From the IMG/VR virus record IMGVR_UViG_3300035136_000035: 64,000 nucleotides of DNA. One strand, written 5' to 3'. Source of the stretch: an uncultured virus (IMG/VR IMGVR_UViG_3300035136_000035). Taxonomy: Duplodnaviria > Heunggongvirae > Uroviricota > Caudoviricetes. Positions 25,145 through 34,522 of the stretch are shown in pieces (the first letter of the stretch is position 1; each line of letters begins with the position of its first letter). A program made the position numbers and the translations under genes. Below the pieces are notes generated by a model. The model did not search any database and was not told where the DNA came from. It saw only the letters and a program-made list of their open reading frames with translations.

Positions 25145-27460
25145 ATGAGATTTTATAATTTGGATAAATATTTAAATAGATTATATGAGTTTGCTTTTCC
25201 ACCACAAGATTTATCACCAGAAGAAAAAAATGAAAAAGATTGGAATTTACAAATGTGTGAAGCTATATGGGCTTTACAAGTAAATAATAAATGTGGAATA
25301 AAATATTCAGAATTAAATAAAATAAGAACAAATAGGCTATATTCTCAGGCTTCTCAAGATTCATCACAATATCAAGAAAAAATATTTGAATGGCAACAAG
25401 ATGATTTAGAGAAAAAAGGATATGTTAATTTAAATTTTAAAAATATATCCGTTATGCCTAAAATGCTTCAAATATATTTAGCAATAGCAGAAAATATAAA
25501 TTATAAAATAAGGGCTAATGCTATTGATCCATATTCAATGACACAAAAAGAATATCAGAAATATAAAATTTGGTATCAGAAAGAATTTGCAAAAGAAAAT
25601 AGAGAAATTGATCAACAATTAGGAATAGAATCTCAACAAGTAGATTTTAATCCAGATAGTTTAGATGAAATAGATGTTTACATGGATTTAGGAGGCTTTA
25701 AATTAATTCCAGAACTAGCTATTGAAGAATCTTTAATTCATACTTATGATATTAGTAATTGGAAAGAAATTAGCAGAAAAATACATACTGGATTATGGGA
25801 AAATAATGGGGCTTTTTGTCATGCTTATTATGATCCGATAGATAAAAAAGTTAAAATAAAGTATATTCCTTTAGATGAATTGATTATTCAATATTCAAAA
25901 AGTAATGATTTTGAAAATTCTCATTTTGGAGGACATTTAGAACCATATACTCCTGTTGAGTTAAGACGAGAAGCTCCCTGGTTAAAAGAAGAAGATATTA
26001 AAGATATTTGTAAAAACCAACAAGGATACTATGGAAACCCTAACTTTAATGAAGGTAATTGGTATAATGATATGTGGGATACAAATACAAAAAAATATTT
26101 ATATGATAATTTTATTATTTGGGTTTTAAATTGCTCATATATTTCAATTAATACAGAATATGATCAAAAGAAAAAAAATAGTTATGGTAATGAAATGTAT
26201 GTACCTCAAAAATCAGGAGGAAAAATATCCAGAAGAAAATATAATACCGAAAAAAGAAAAACTGTTATTTCAGAAATAGGGATGTTATATAATTCAAAAT
26301 GGATAATAGGAACTGATAAATTAATTCGATATGGTAAGGCTGATTATGTTCCAAGAAAAAATGAACGTGTACATATTCCTTATTATGGATATTTAATACC
26401 AGGCCCATCTAAAGTTGAAACATCACAGGTATTTATTGATAATGCTCAATTGGCATATCTTAAAATACAGAATTTATCTATAATGGCTACTCCTAATATT
26501 ATTGCTATTGAAGAATCAGCTTTAGATAATTTAGATTTTGGAGCAGGTCCAGTACCTAAATTAGAATTATTTAAAATAACTACACAGACAGGGAGATTAA
26601 TATATAAAGCAACTACGGCTAGAGGGAATTTAACTAACCCTGCTGCCATGCATCCTATTACAGAATTACGAGGTGGCATAGGTCCAGCATTACAAGAACA
26701 GATTTTAATACTTGATAAAAATCTTGAAATGATAAGAGAAGTTACCGGATTAAATAGAATAGCAGATGCAAGTACTCCTGATCCTGAACAAAGTGTAAAA
26801 GGAAGCCAGATAGCATTACTTGGAGCTAATAATGCTTTAAAAATGTTGTTATATGCTTTTCTTGATATTTATAAAAAATCGGCAAGAAGTATATGTATGA
26901 CAATAAAAGATCTTATTACATTAAATGAGAAATCAAGAGAGGCTTATATTTCTGTTATTGGTAAAATAAAAACAGATGTTATGAAATTAATAGCTGGATT
27001 ATCAGAAGCCGATTTAAGTATTCTTGTAGAGCCTTTACCTGATGATGAACAAAAGATGAAATTAGAACAAAGAATATTAGCAGCAATGAGACCAGGTAAA
27101 GAAGGGGTAACACCACTTACAATGAGAGATAGTATGATTCTTGATAGATTAATTAATTCTGGTAATTATAAATACGCTGAATTATATCTTGCTAAACGTG
27201 AATTTGAAAATGAACAATTTGCTATGCAGAAAATAATGGAAAATCAGAATATGAATGCCCAACAAAATATAGCAATGGAAGAAAAGAAAAAAAATGATGA
27301 AAAAGAAAGAATAACGCATGAAACAAATGAAAAGATTCGTGAATACAAAGAGATGAAAGAAATCGATAAAGGATTTGAAGAAACAAAACATAATTTTAAG
27401 TTAGAAGAAATTGAAAAGCAAAATGAATTTAAAAAAAGTGAAAAAACTCAACCTGTTTAA
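25145..27460 (+). CDS. portal protein
   Basis: 771 aa directly after terL; NRLYSQASQD, ANAIDP and IREVTGLNRIADASTPDP motifs like Bacteroidota podophage portals. Confidence 0.8.
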   Translation: MRFYNLDKYLNRLYEFAFPPQDLSPEEKNEKDWNLQMCEAIWALQVNNKCGIKYSELNKIRTNRLYSQASQDSSQYQEKIFEWQQDDLEKKGYVNLNFKNISVMPKMLQIYLAIAENINYKIRANAIDPYSMTQKEYQKYKIWYQKEFAKENREIDQQLGIESQQVDFNPDSLDEIDVYMDLGGFKLIPELAIEESLIHTYDISNWKEISRKIHTGLWENNGAFCHAYYDPIDKKVKIKYIPLDELIIQYSKSNDFENSHFGGHLEPYTPVELRREAPWLKEEDIKDICKNQQGYYGNPNFNEGNWYNDMWDTNTKKYLYDNFIIWVLNCSYISINTEYDQKKKNSYGNEMYVPQKSGGKISRRKYNTEKRKTVISEIGMLYNSKWIIGTDKLIRYGKADYVPRKNERVHIPYYGYLIPGPSKVETSQVFIDNAQLAYLKIQNLSIMATPNIIAIEESALDNLDFGAGPVPKLELFKITTQTGRLIYKATTARGNLTNPAAMHPITELRGGIGPALQEQILILDKNLEMIREVTGLNRIADASTPDPEQSVKGSQIALLGANNALKMLLYAFLDIYKKSARSICMTIKDLITLNEKSREAYISVIGKIKTDVMKLIAGLSEADLSILVEPLPDDEQKMKLEQRILAAMRPGKEGVTPLTMRDSMILDRLINSGNYKYAELYLAKREFENEQFAMQKIMENQNMNAQQNIAMEEKKKNDEKERITHETNEKIREYKEMKEIDKGFEETKHNFKLEEIEKQNEFKKSEKTQPV

Positions 27461-27530
27461 AACATGTTAATAAAATTATTTTTTATTTATTAACAATAAG
27501 AATTAATTTTGATGAATAAAAATATATTTT

Positions 27531-28793
27531 ATGAATGATCAAAATGTAGTTTCTACAGGATTAATAGATGAATTAGAAAATTTAGAATTACAACCTCAAT
27601 TTAAATCACAAGAAAATAATACTAATAAAGATCAAAACACAGAATTAAATCAAGGAAATACTGTTAATAATAATCAAAATAATTCTAGTGACAATAAGGA
27701 TGATTTATCGCAAAATACAAATCAACAAGTTAATCAGGATAATCAACAGCAAAACACGAATCAAGATATTCCAAAATATACACTAAACGAGATGTTTGGT
27801 GATTCTTTTTCTTCTATTGAAGAAGTAAAATCCGCTAATATTCCTAATGTTTTAAATGAATATAAAAAATTAAAAAGTGATATTCAGTCGAGAGACGAAA
27901 AACTTAATTTATATTCACAAAAATTAAAGGAAAAATTTCAGCCTTACAAAAATGATGAACAAGCGCAGTTTATTAGTTTTTGGAATGAAACTGGAATTGA
28001 TGATATTAAAGCCTTTAAATTATTAAAAACAAAGGAATTTTCAGAAATGTCTGATAAGGATGTTTTGATCATGAATACTATGATTGAAAATCCAACATTG
28101 ATCGGTAATCGAGAGAAAGCCGAAAAAATGGTTGATCTTAAATTTAAGATTGGCAAATATTCTCCTACTAAACAAATAAAAACAGGAGAAGATGAAGATG
28201 GGAAAGATATTTTTACTGATGAAGTAAATAAGGATGAATTAGAACTTAACGAGATGTATGTTCTAGGTGAAGCTAAAAAAGCTAGGGAAAATCTTTCCAA
28301 TTTAAAATTAAAGATCAAATCAGAAGTTAATAACTTTGATGATAAGCAACTTGAAGGAAATTTAGAAACTTTTAAGAATGCTTGGAATCAAATATCTCCC
28401 ATTATTGCAAATAAATTTAATAAATTGCCTATTTTTGGAGATACAGATGAACCGATAGCTAATTTTGAAGTTCCGCAAGAAATAATTAAAGATATTGCTG
28501 GTCAAATTCAAAATATGGCTGTCAATAATCAAATGCCATTTGATGAAAAAAATGGTATAGAATCTGTAAAAAATCTTCATGCAAATTTTTTAACAATTCT
28601 CTATGGTCGTTTTGCAAAAGAAATGCAACGTGAATCATATAAAAAAGGGAAAAGTGATGCTACTGAAAAAATAAAAAAGCAATATAATTTATCTGGTCTT
28701 GAAAAACCTGAGTATAATCAAATTGTAGATGATTTACCGGAAGGATATTCAGACAAACAGTCAGTTATTAAAGAATTGTATGATGGGATGTAA
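27531..28793 (+). CDS. putative capsid scaffolding protein
   Basis: N/Q/acidic low-complexity N-terminus, helical; lies between portal and MCP. Confidence 0.6.
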   Translation: MNDQNVVSTGLIDELENLELQPQFKSQENNTNKDQNTELNQGNTVNNNQNNSSDNKDDLSQNTNQQVNQDNQQQNTNQDIPKYTLNEMFGDSFSSIEEVKSANIPNVLNEYKKLKSDIQSRDEKLNLYSQKLKEKFQPYKNDEQAQFISFWNETGIDDIKAFKLLKTKEFSEMSDKDVLIMNTMIENPTLIGNREKAEKMVDLKFKIGKYSPTKQIKTGEDEDGKDIFTDEVNKDELELNEMYVLGEAKKARENLSNLKLKIKSEVNNFDDKQLEGNLETFKNAWNQISPIIANKFNKLPIFGDTDEPIANFEVPQEIIKDIAGQIQNMAVNNQMPFDEKNGIESVKNLHANFLTILYGRFAKEMQRESYKKGKSDATEKIKKQYNLSGLEKPEYNQIVDDLPEGYSDKQSVIKELYDGM

Positions 28794-28822
28794 ATTATGT
28801 TTAACTTTTAAAATTTAAAAAA

Positions 28823-30214
28823 ATGGCTGATCCTACCGCCGTAATAGGCGCATACGCATATCAAATCATGTCCGGTTACGATATATGGAAACCGGATGAA
28901 TATAATGTACTTATGGCTAAGTACAATGATCAAGGAGCTACCTTTCATAATATGATTGGGATGCTTGGATTCTCTAAACCAGTTGCACGTGATATTTATT
29001 ATTGGACAGAAGATGATTGGTTACATGAAAATTTCAGAATTTTAGGCACTGTTGCTGATCAAGGAGCAGGAAATGAACTTGAAGTTACTTTACATGGTGA
29101 TAGTGTTGATTCAAATAATAGGTATTATCCAAGATTATGTGATGAAGTTATAATGCCTAATGAATCTCCTGGATTAATAGTTGATATTGACGTAACTACA
29201 CCAACTGCACCTGTTATTAAAATTGAACCTCTTGATGCAACAGATACTTTAGGTGGTGTTACTGCCGGTGATTATCTTGCAATATGTTCAGATGCTTTTG
29301 CTGAACGTTCTGGACAACCTGATGGAAGGATATCAAATGTTAATAAATATTATAATTATGCACAGATAATTAAAGAAACTATTCAAGCATCAGGTAGTGA
29401 ACTTACTCGTCAGGAATGGATAGATTCTTGGAAGGTTATGCCGAATGATAAAAATCCTAATCGTCCATTTTTGTATCATAAAGGACTTAGTTTTGATCTT
29501 GATTATAGGATAAGTTTAGCACAAGGTGGTGCTTATCTTGTTGGTAAAAAAACAACAAATACTTCTGTTGTAGATCAAACTAGTGGACTTGCAATTAGGA
29601 CAACAGAAGGTTTAATACCTAGTATTAGAGGCAGGGGAAATGTTTATCCTAAAGCAGTAGGTTCATTTGCATTGACAGATTGGAAAGCTATCAATAAAGT
29701 TCTTGATAAGAAATATGTAAGTAATAATGTTCTTATGTTACTTGGAGTTGATAGGCATCACGAACTTGAAGATTTATTAAAAACAGAGATGGCAAATACT
29801 AATATTAACTTTGCTAAACAAGCTAGTAATGCTGCTTTGTTTAATAATAATGATTCTCTTAGTATTGCTATTAACTTTAAATATCTTGTATATGGAGAAA
29901 GGACTTTCCACATGAAAAGATGTCCAGAATTTCATCATCCTAAAGTTCTTGGAACAACAGGATATTCTTATGAAGATATGGGAATCATTCTTCCATTAAA
30001 TAAGAAAAAAGTTAATGGAGAAATGACATCTTATTTTGGTGAAAGATATCGTCAACTTGGAACTTATAACCGTAAATATGAATTATGGGATGTAGGTGGA
30101 GCTGGTGAAGGTCTTAAAGTAACCGATATAGATGAAAGAAATACTTATCTTCGTACTCATTCTGGATTTCATTGTATGTGTCCTGAACAAATGTTACTTA
30201 TTTCCGCTGCCTAA
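28823..30214 (+). CDS. major capsid protein
   Basis: 463 aa; YYWTED, YNYAQIIKET and TTEGLIPSI motifs; follows the scaffold gene and precedes a strong terminator. Confidence 0.8.
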   Translation: MADPTAVIGAYAYQIMSGYDIWKPDEYNVLMAKYNDQGATFHNMIGMLGFSKPVARDIYYWTEDDWLHENFRILGTVADQGAGNELEVTLHGDSVDSNNRYYPRLCDEVIMPNESPGLIVDIDVTTPTAPVIKIEPLDATDTLGGVTAGDYLAICSDAFAERSGQPDGRISNVNKYYNYAQIIKETIQASGSELTRQEWIDSWKVMPNDKNPNRPFLYHKGLSFDLDYRISLAQGGAYLVGKKTTNTSVVDQTSGLAIRTTEGLIPSIRGRGNVYPKAVGSFALTDWKAINKVLDKKYVSNNVLMLLGVDRHHELEDLLKTEMANTNINFAKQASNAALFNNNDSLSIAINFKYLVYGERTFHMKRCPEFHHPKVLGTTGYSYEDMGIILPLNKKKVNGEMTSYFGERYRQLGTYNRKYELWDVGGAGEGLKVTDIDERNTYLRTHSGFHCMCPEQMLLISAA

Positions 30215-30220
30215 ACTTTT

Positions 30221-30246
30221 AACCTCCCCAATGTTGGGGAGGTTTT
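30221..30246 (+). terminator. intrinsic terminator after MCP
   Basis: AACCTCCCC/GGGGAGGTT followed by TT. Confidence 0.7.
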
Positions 30247-30259
30247 AATTATAAAATTT

Positions 30260-31144
30260 ATGCCATTATTAAAGAATAATAAACAAATAACTGGGGCTGA
30301 TCAAAATAAAATTGATTCTATTTTAAAAGAACAATTTCCTGAATGGCCTAAAAAAAGAGTAACTTTAAAAATACTTCTTAGATTAATCAAAAGAGAAGGA
30401 GATAATAAAAAATTAGATTATCCATCTTGTCCATTAATTTGGGATCAAGAAGTAAATGTTCCACAAAAAGATGGGACAATATCAAAAGAAAGATGGATAT
30501 ATTATGAATCTATGAGAAAGGATAATAATCGTGAAATTTATGAACCTGGTAGTGAACCGTTTGATAAAAGCATTTCATTTGGACCGGCTGATAAAGAAAA
30601 ATTATTTTTCACATATTACTGTATACCTCAAGTAGAAAATGGATTTAACGCTTCAAATGCAAAGATTCATTATTATGAATTTGATAGGCCACAATTAAAA
30701 GCTGCTAAACTTATTGAAAAAGAAAAAAATATTAAAAAGATAAAAGATATTATATTAGATGATAATATAACTGAAAATCTTTTAAGAGAATATGCTAATG
30801 CTTTATTTGTTTCAAATGTTAAAGATTTAAGCAAAGAAGAAATACAAGCAAAAATTATTTCAATAGCTGAAACAAATCAAAATAATATTGATTCTATCAT
30901 AAAATTGATAGGAGCAGATACATATAGAGAAACAAAAGCAATAGTTCAACAAGCTATTGATGAAGGATTTTTATTAGAAGATAGAAGATCGCATGCATGG
31001 TTTTGGTTAGTTGATGGTAAAAAAGATACTCAAATATGTAAAATACCTATTGGAGTAAATTCAAAAGAAGCTGTTTTTAATCATCTAACATCTAATAAAG
31101 ATGATTTTGAAAGAATTAAAAATGCTATTGAAATACTTTCTTAA
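30260..31144 (+). CDS. hypothetical protein downstream of MCP
   Basis: 294-aa ORF in the head module. Confidence 0.65.
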   Translation: MPLLKNNKQITGADQNKIDSILKEQFPEWPKKRVTLKILLRLIKREGDNKKLDYPSCPLIWDQEVNVPQKDGTISKERWIYYESMRKDNNREIYEPGSEPFDKSISFGPADKEKLFFTYYCIPQVENGFNASNAKIHYYEFDRPQLKAAKLIEKEKNIKKIKDIILDDNITENLLREYANALFVSNVKDLSKEEIQAKIISIAETNQNNIDSIIKLIGADTYRETKAIVQQAIDEGFLLEDRRSHAWFWLVDGKKDTQICKIPIGVNSKEAVFNHLTSNKDDFERIKNAIEILS

Positions 31145-31195
31145 TATAGAAATTTTTGTAAGTAGGCTCATATATTTAGATTAGTACTTTGAAAA

Positions 31196-31228
31196 GGCCA
31201 CGATTTTTTTAATTGTGGCTTTTTTTTT
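31196..31228 (+). terminator. intrinsic terminator
   Basis: GGCCACGATT/AATTGTGGCT followed by a T-run. Confidence 0.7.
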
Positions 31229-31243
31229 ACTTTAGTAAAAAAT

Positions 31244-32239
31244 TTGATAATGACTGTTCATGATTTATTTTTATATAACAATTATCTTGCTAGACGTGAT
31301 CCAATAGGAAATGATATAAAACCAGATCAATTTAATTTAATACTTCCTGTTCTTGCATTTGAATATTTTAAAAAAATAACTGGATTACCTGAAAAATTCA
31401 GAAAAGGAGAAAATGTATTACAATATGGAATAGGCAGAGATCAAGTAATAAATGATAAGACAAGATATTTAATGTCAGAAGATGATCTAACAATTGATGT
31501 CAATGGACAAGATACACTTCCTGCTGATTATTTTTATTATGAATCTATATTACATGAATCATCGGCAGATGTATTTACTCCAGTTACTATATTAAATAAA
31601 CAGAAATTTGATGCTAGGAATTCATCTTCAATAAATATTCCTGATTCTGATAATCCTATATGTACAATAAGAAATGGATTTTTACAATTTTCACCTATTG
31701 ATTTAGGAGATGATGTATCAACTACTTTATATTACATAAAATATCCGACTACGCCATACATGGCTTATGCTATAAATAGCACAACAGCAGAAATAGTATA
31801 TATAGAAAACGGGTCTTATTTTTTTGTAACGGTTGCTGGTTCAGCAAGTGATACAATAGAAGCTGTTGTTGCACCTGGAGATATTTCAATAGGGTCTTAT
31901 ACTGTTCAATCTGGAGATACAATAGATGATGTAATGCAAGGCATAACAGATGATATTAATGAAGATTATTTAACACATGGAATAAAAGCTATATTTGATG
32001 GAGATAAAGTATGGTTAAAAGATACAACAGGGACTTATACAACATTAACTATTAATATCACAGGTAGTGTAGCTGCAACAAAAGTTAATTTTAGTGATTT
32101 ATCAACTCAATTTGATTGGGAAGATGATTATGATGCCATGAATGAAATATCTGAATTATTATTAACAAAAACAGGTATTTCTATACGTGATATTTCATTA
32201 ACACAATGGGCTGAATTACAAAAACAAAATAATGACTAA
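31244..32239 (+). CDS. putative tail ring/adaptor protein
   Basis: LPADYFYY and LYYIKYPTTP motifs; position in the module. Confidence 0.55.
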   Translation: MIMTVHDLFLYNNYLARRDPIGNDIKPDQFNLILPVLAFEYFKKITGLPEKFRKGENVLQYGIGRDQVINDKTRYLMSEDDLTIDVNGQDTLPADYFYYESILHESSADVFTPVTILNKQKFDARNSSSINIPDSDNPICTIRNGFLQFSPIDLGDDVSTTLYYIKYPTTPYMAYAINSTTAEIVYIENGSYFFVTVAGSASDTIEAVVAPGDISIGSYTVQSGDTIDDVMQGITDDINEDYLTHGIKAIFDGDKVWLKDTTGTYTTLTINITGSVAATKVNFSDLSTQFDWEDDYDAMNEISELLLTKTGISIRDISLTQWAELQKQNND

Positions 32240-32855
32240 AAGACAAATTATAGAATTATGCCAGATACAAATTAGTGGTGGTGATGTTACAGCAGATGTA
32301 TTAACAAAATATCCAACACAAACTGTTGAAAAAATAGCAGAAATTATGTTTAATGATTTAGTCGTTAATACATATAAAGAAAATCCGAATTATTTCAGGA
32401 ATGATTTGAGTACTTTTGTTAAAAGATATACCGATATTGATATATTAACAGATTCTTCAACAGGTGAAAAGTATATTCCATTACCTAGTAAATTAATTCA
32501 ATTACCACATGATTCTGCAATAAAATGTGTATATTCTCATGAAAATAGTGATTATCCATTAATTTATAGGGATAATAAAATGGATGGTTCATATAAATAT
32601 TTAATGGTAGGAACTATTGTTGCAAAAAAGAGTTTTTATATACTTGGAAATAGATTGTATTTAAGAAATATGGTTGTTGGAGATTTAACAATGTATATTG
32701 ATATTGTTGTTCCATTTAGTGCTTATTTATCAACTGATGAAATTGTTTTACCCCATGATAAAGAAACATTTTTTGTTGATTCAATAGTAGCCAGATTATT
32801 AGGTACATTAACATCAGACCAAATTGAAGATGCTAAATTAATACGAACCAAATGA
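32232..32855 (+). CDS. putative tail ring protein
   Basis: Position; FYILGNRLYL. Confidence 0.5.
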   Translation: MTKRQIIELCQIQISGGDVTADVLTKYPTQTVEKIAEIMFNDLVVNTYKENPNYFRNDLSTFVKRYTDIDILTDSSTGEKYIPLPSKLIQLPHDSAIKCVYSHENSDYPLIYRDNKMDGSYKYLMVGTIVAKKSFYILGNRLYLRNMVVGDLTMYIDIVVPFSAYLSTDEIVLPHDKETFFVDSIVARLLGTLTSDQIEDAKLIRTK

Positions 32856-33637
32856 GTACTGATATATTAAAAACAGGATCACGAATATCATTCGATGAAA
32901 TAGCTGCTGAAGCTGAAATCGAATTAGAAGTTGAACCTCAAACATACAGGGAAAAATTTATTCAACTTGCAATGAGATGTTATGCCCATTTAAATATATT
33001 TAATTCAAATCATATAGAAGTAGATTATTTTGAGATGAATTCCACAACTGGTATTGTAGATTTATCTTCCCTTACTGATTTTATTGATTATGTAAAAATA
33101 GGAATGCCTATTAATGGTAAAATATGGATTCTTGATATTAATAATAAAATATTATTACCTAGAGATACTTTAAGTGATGATGCTGCCAGTAAAATATTTA
33201 ATAATAATGATAGTGATGTATTAGTACATTGTGGATATTATTTTTGTGATCATTATTGTAATGGAAATTTTATAAGTGGATTATATGGAGTAGGTGGTGG
33301 ATTTAGCCGTTCATATTGTCGTGTTGATAAAGAAAATATGCAAATACAATTTGATACGTCAGTTCCTAATAATGAAATAGTGCTTGAATATATTTCAACA
33401 GGGATAAAAGCAAGTGGGGCTACATTAGTTCCTGTTGAATGTAAGGAATTATTAGTAGCATGGATAGTATGGAAACATTATACGCCTAAACGAAATATTT
33501 ACCCGGCTGAAAAAAGAGATTATAAACAGGAATATTTAGAAAGAGAAAGAGAATTAAGATCATTTCAAAAGAAATGGACTTTACAAGAATATACTAATGC
33601 TTTATATTCAACATTTAGAGCAACAGCAAAAAGATAA
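32852..33637 (+). CDS. putative tail ring protein
   Basis: Position; DFIDYVKIG and IVLEYISTG motifs. Confidence 0.55.
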   Translation: MSTDILKTGSRISFDEIAAEAEIELEVEPQTYREKFIQLAMRCYAHLNIFNSNHIEVDYFEMNSTTGIVDLSSLTDFIDYVKIGMPINGKIWILDINNKILLPRDTLSDDAASKIFNNNDSDVLVHCGYYFCDHYCNGNFISGLYGVGGGFSRSYCRVDKENMQIQFDTSVPNNEIVLEYISTGIKASGATLVPVECKELLVAWIVWKHYTPKRNIYPAEKRDYKQEYLERERELRSFQKKWTLQEYTNALYSTFRATAKR

Positions 33638-34164
33638 TGCAAGTAATTGATGAAATATTATTTACTCCAAATGGAGGCATGAATAAAGATGTTGATCCAA
33701 GATCAATACCTAAAGGAGATGTTATTGAAGTCTTAAATGGAAGATGGTGTAAAAGTTTTGCAAACAATATTGGGTCATTAGAAAAAATTATAGGAAATAA
33801 ACTTATAAATTTTGTTTTTCCAGAAGGTGATAATACAATAATTAAAACAGTAGAAGATACTAAAAGAAATTATATATATGCTTTATCATATAATGAATAT
33901 GGAAAACATTGTGTTTTAAGAATAAATCCTATTATTGAAGAAATTGATCCGATATTATATGATGAAGATATTCTTAATTTTAATTTGAATTATCCAGTTC
34001 ATTTGGATTTTACAGAAATAGGAGTAGAAGGTATGTTATTTTGGACTGATAAATATAATCCTCCTAGACATTTGGATATTGAAAGATATAGAAAATATAC
34101 AATAGAAAAATATAATGAAGGAATTGGATATTGGATAATTTCTGATGATTTTGTAATTAGTTAA
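33637..34164 (+). CDS. tail stabilisation/nozzle protein, N-terminal part
   Basis: GGMNKDVDPRSIPKG...LFWTDKYNPPRHLDI. Confidence 0.65.
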   Translation: MQVIDEILFTPNGGMNKDVDPRSIPKGDVIEVLNGRWCKSFANNIGSLEKIIGNKLINFVFPEGDNTIIKTVEDTKRNYIYALSYNEYGKHCVLRINPIIEEIDPILYDEDILNFNLNYPVHLDFTEIGVEGMLFWTDKYNPPRHLDIERYRKYTIEKYNEGIGYWIISDDFVIS

Positions 34165-34175
34165 AAAATAATAAT

Positions 34176-34511
34176 ATGAAAACTTTATTTTTATTATCAT
34201 TTATAATTTTATCATCAAATTTATATAGTCAGAATAAATTAAATGATAAAGATCATTTTTTGATGTTAAAATTTGAAAAAATTAAAAAAGCCAAAAAATG
34301 TGTAAATATATTTTATAAAGAAGGTATTCAAAAAGATATTATCGAAAAAGATAATAAATATTATATTGAAATAGAAGAAGATGAAATAAATATGAAAAGT
34401 GTAAATCATAAAGGATATATTTTATCAAGAAAATGGATTAAAAATAATCTCGAATATTTTGAAATTTTTGAAATAGGAAAAACTTCAATAGGTGATGGAT
34501 TTGTAAATTAA
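34176..34511 (+). CDS. hypothetical protein with signal-peptide-like N-terminus
   Basis: MKTLFLLSFIILSSNLYS-Q. Confidence 0.6.
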   Translation: MKTLFLLSFIILSSNLYSQNKLNDKDHFLMLKFEKIKKAKKCVNIFYKEGIQKDIIEKDNKYYIEIEEDEINMKSVNHKGYILSRKWIKNNLEYFEIFEIGKTSIGDGFVN

Positions 34512-34522
34512 TATCTAATAAA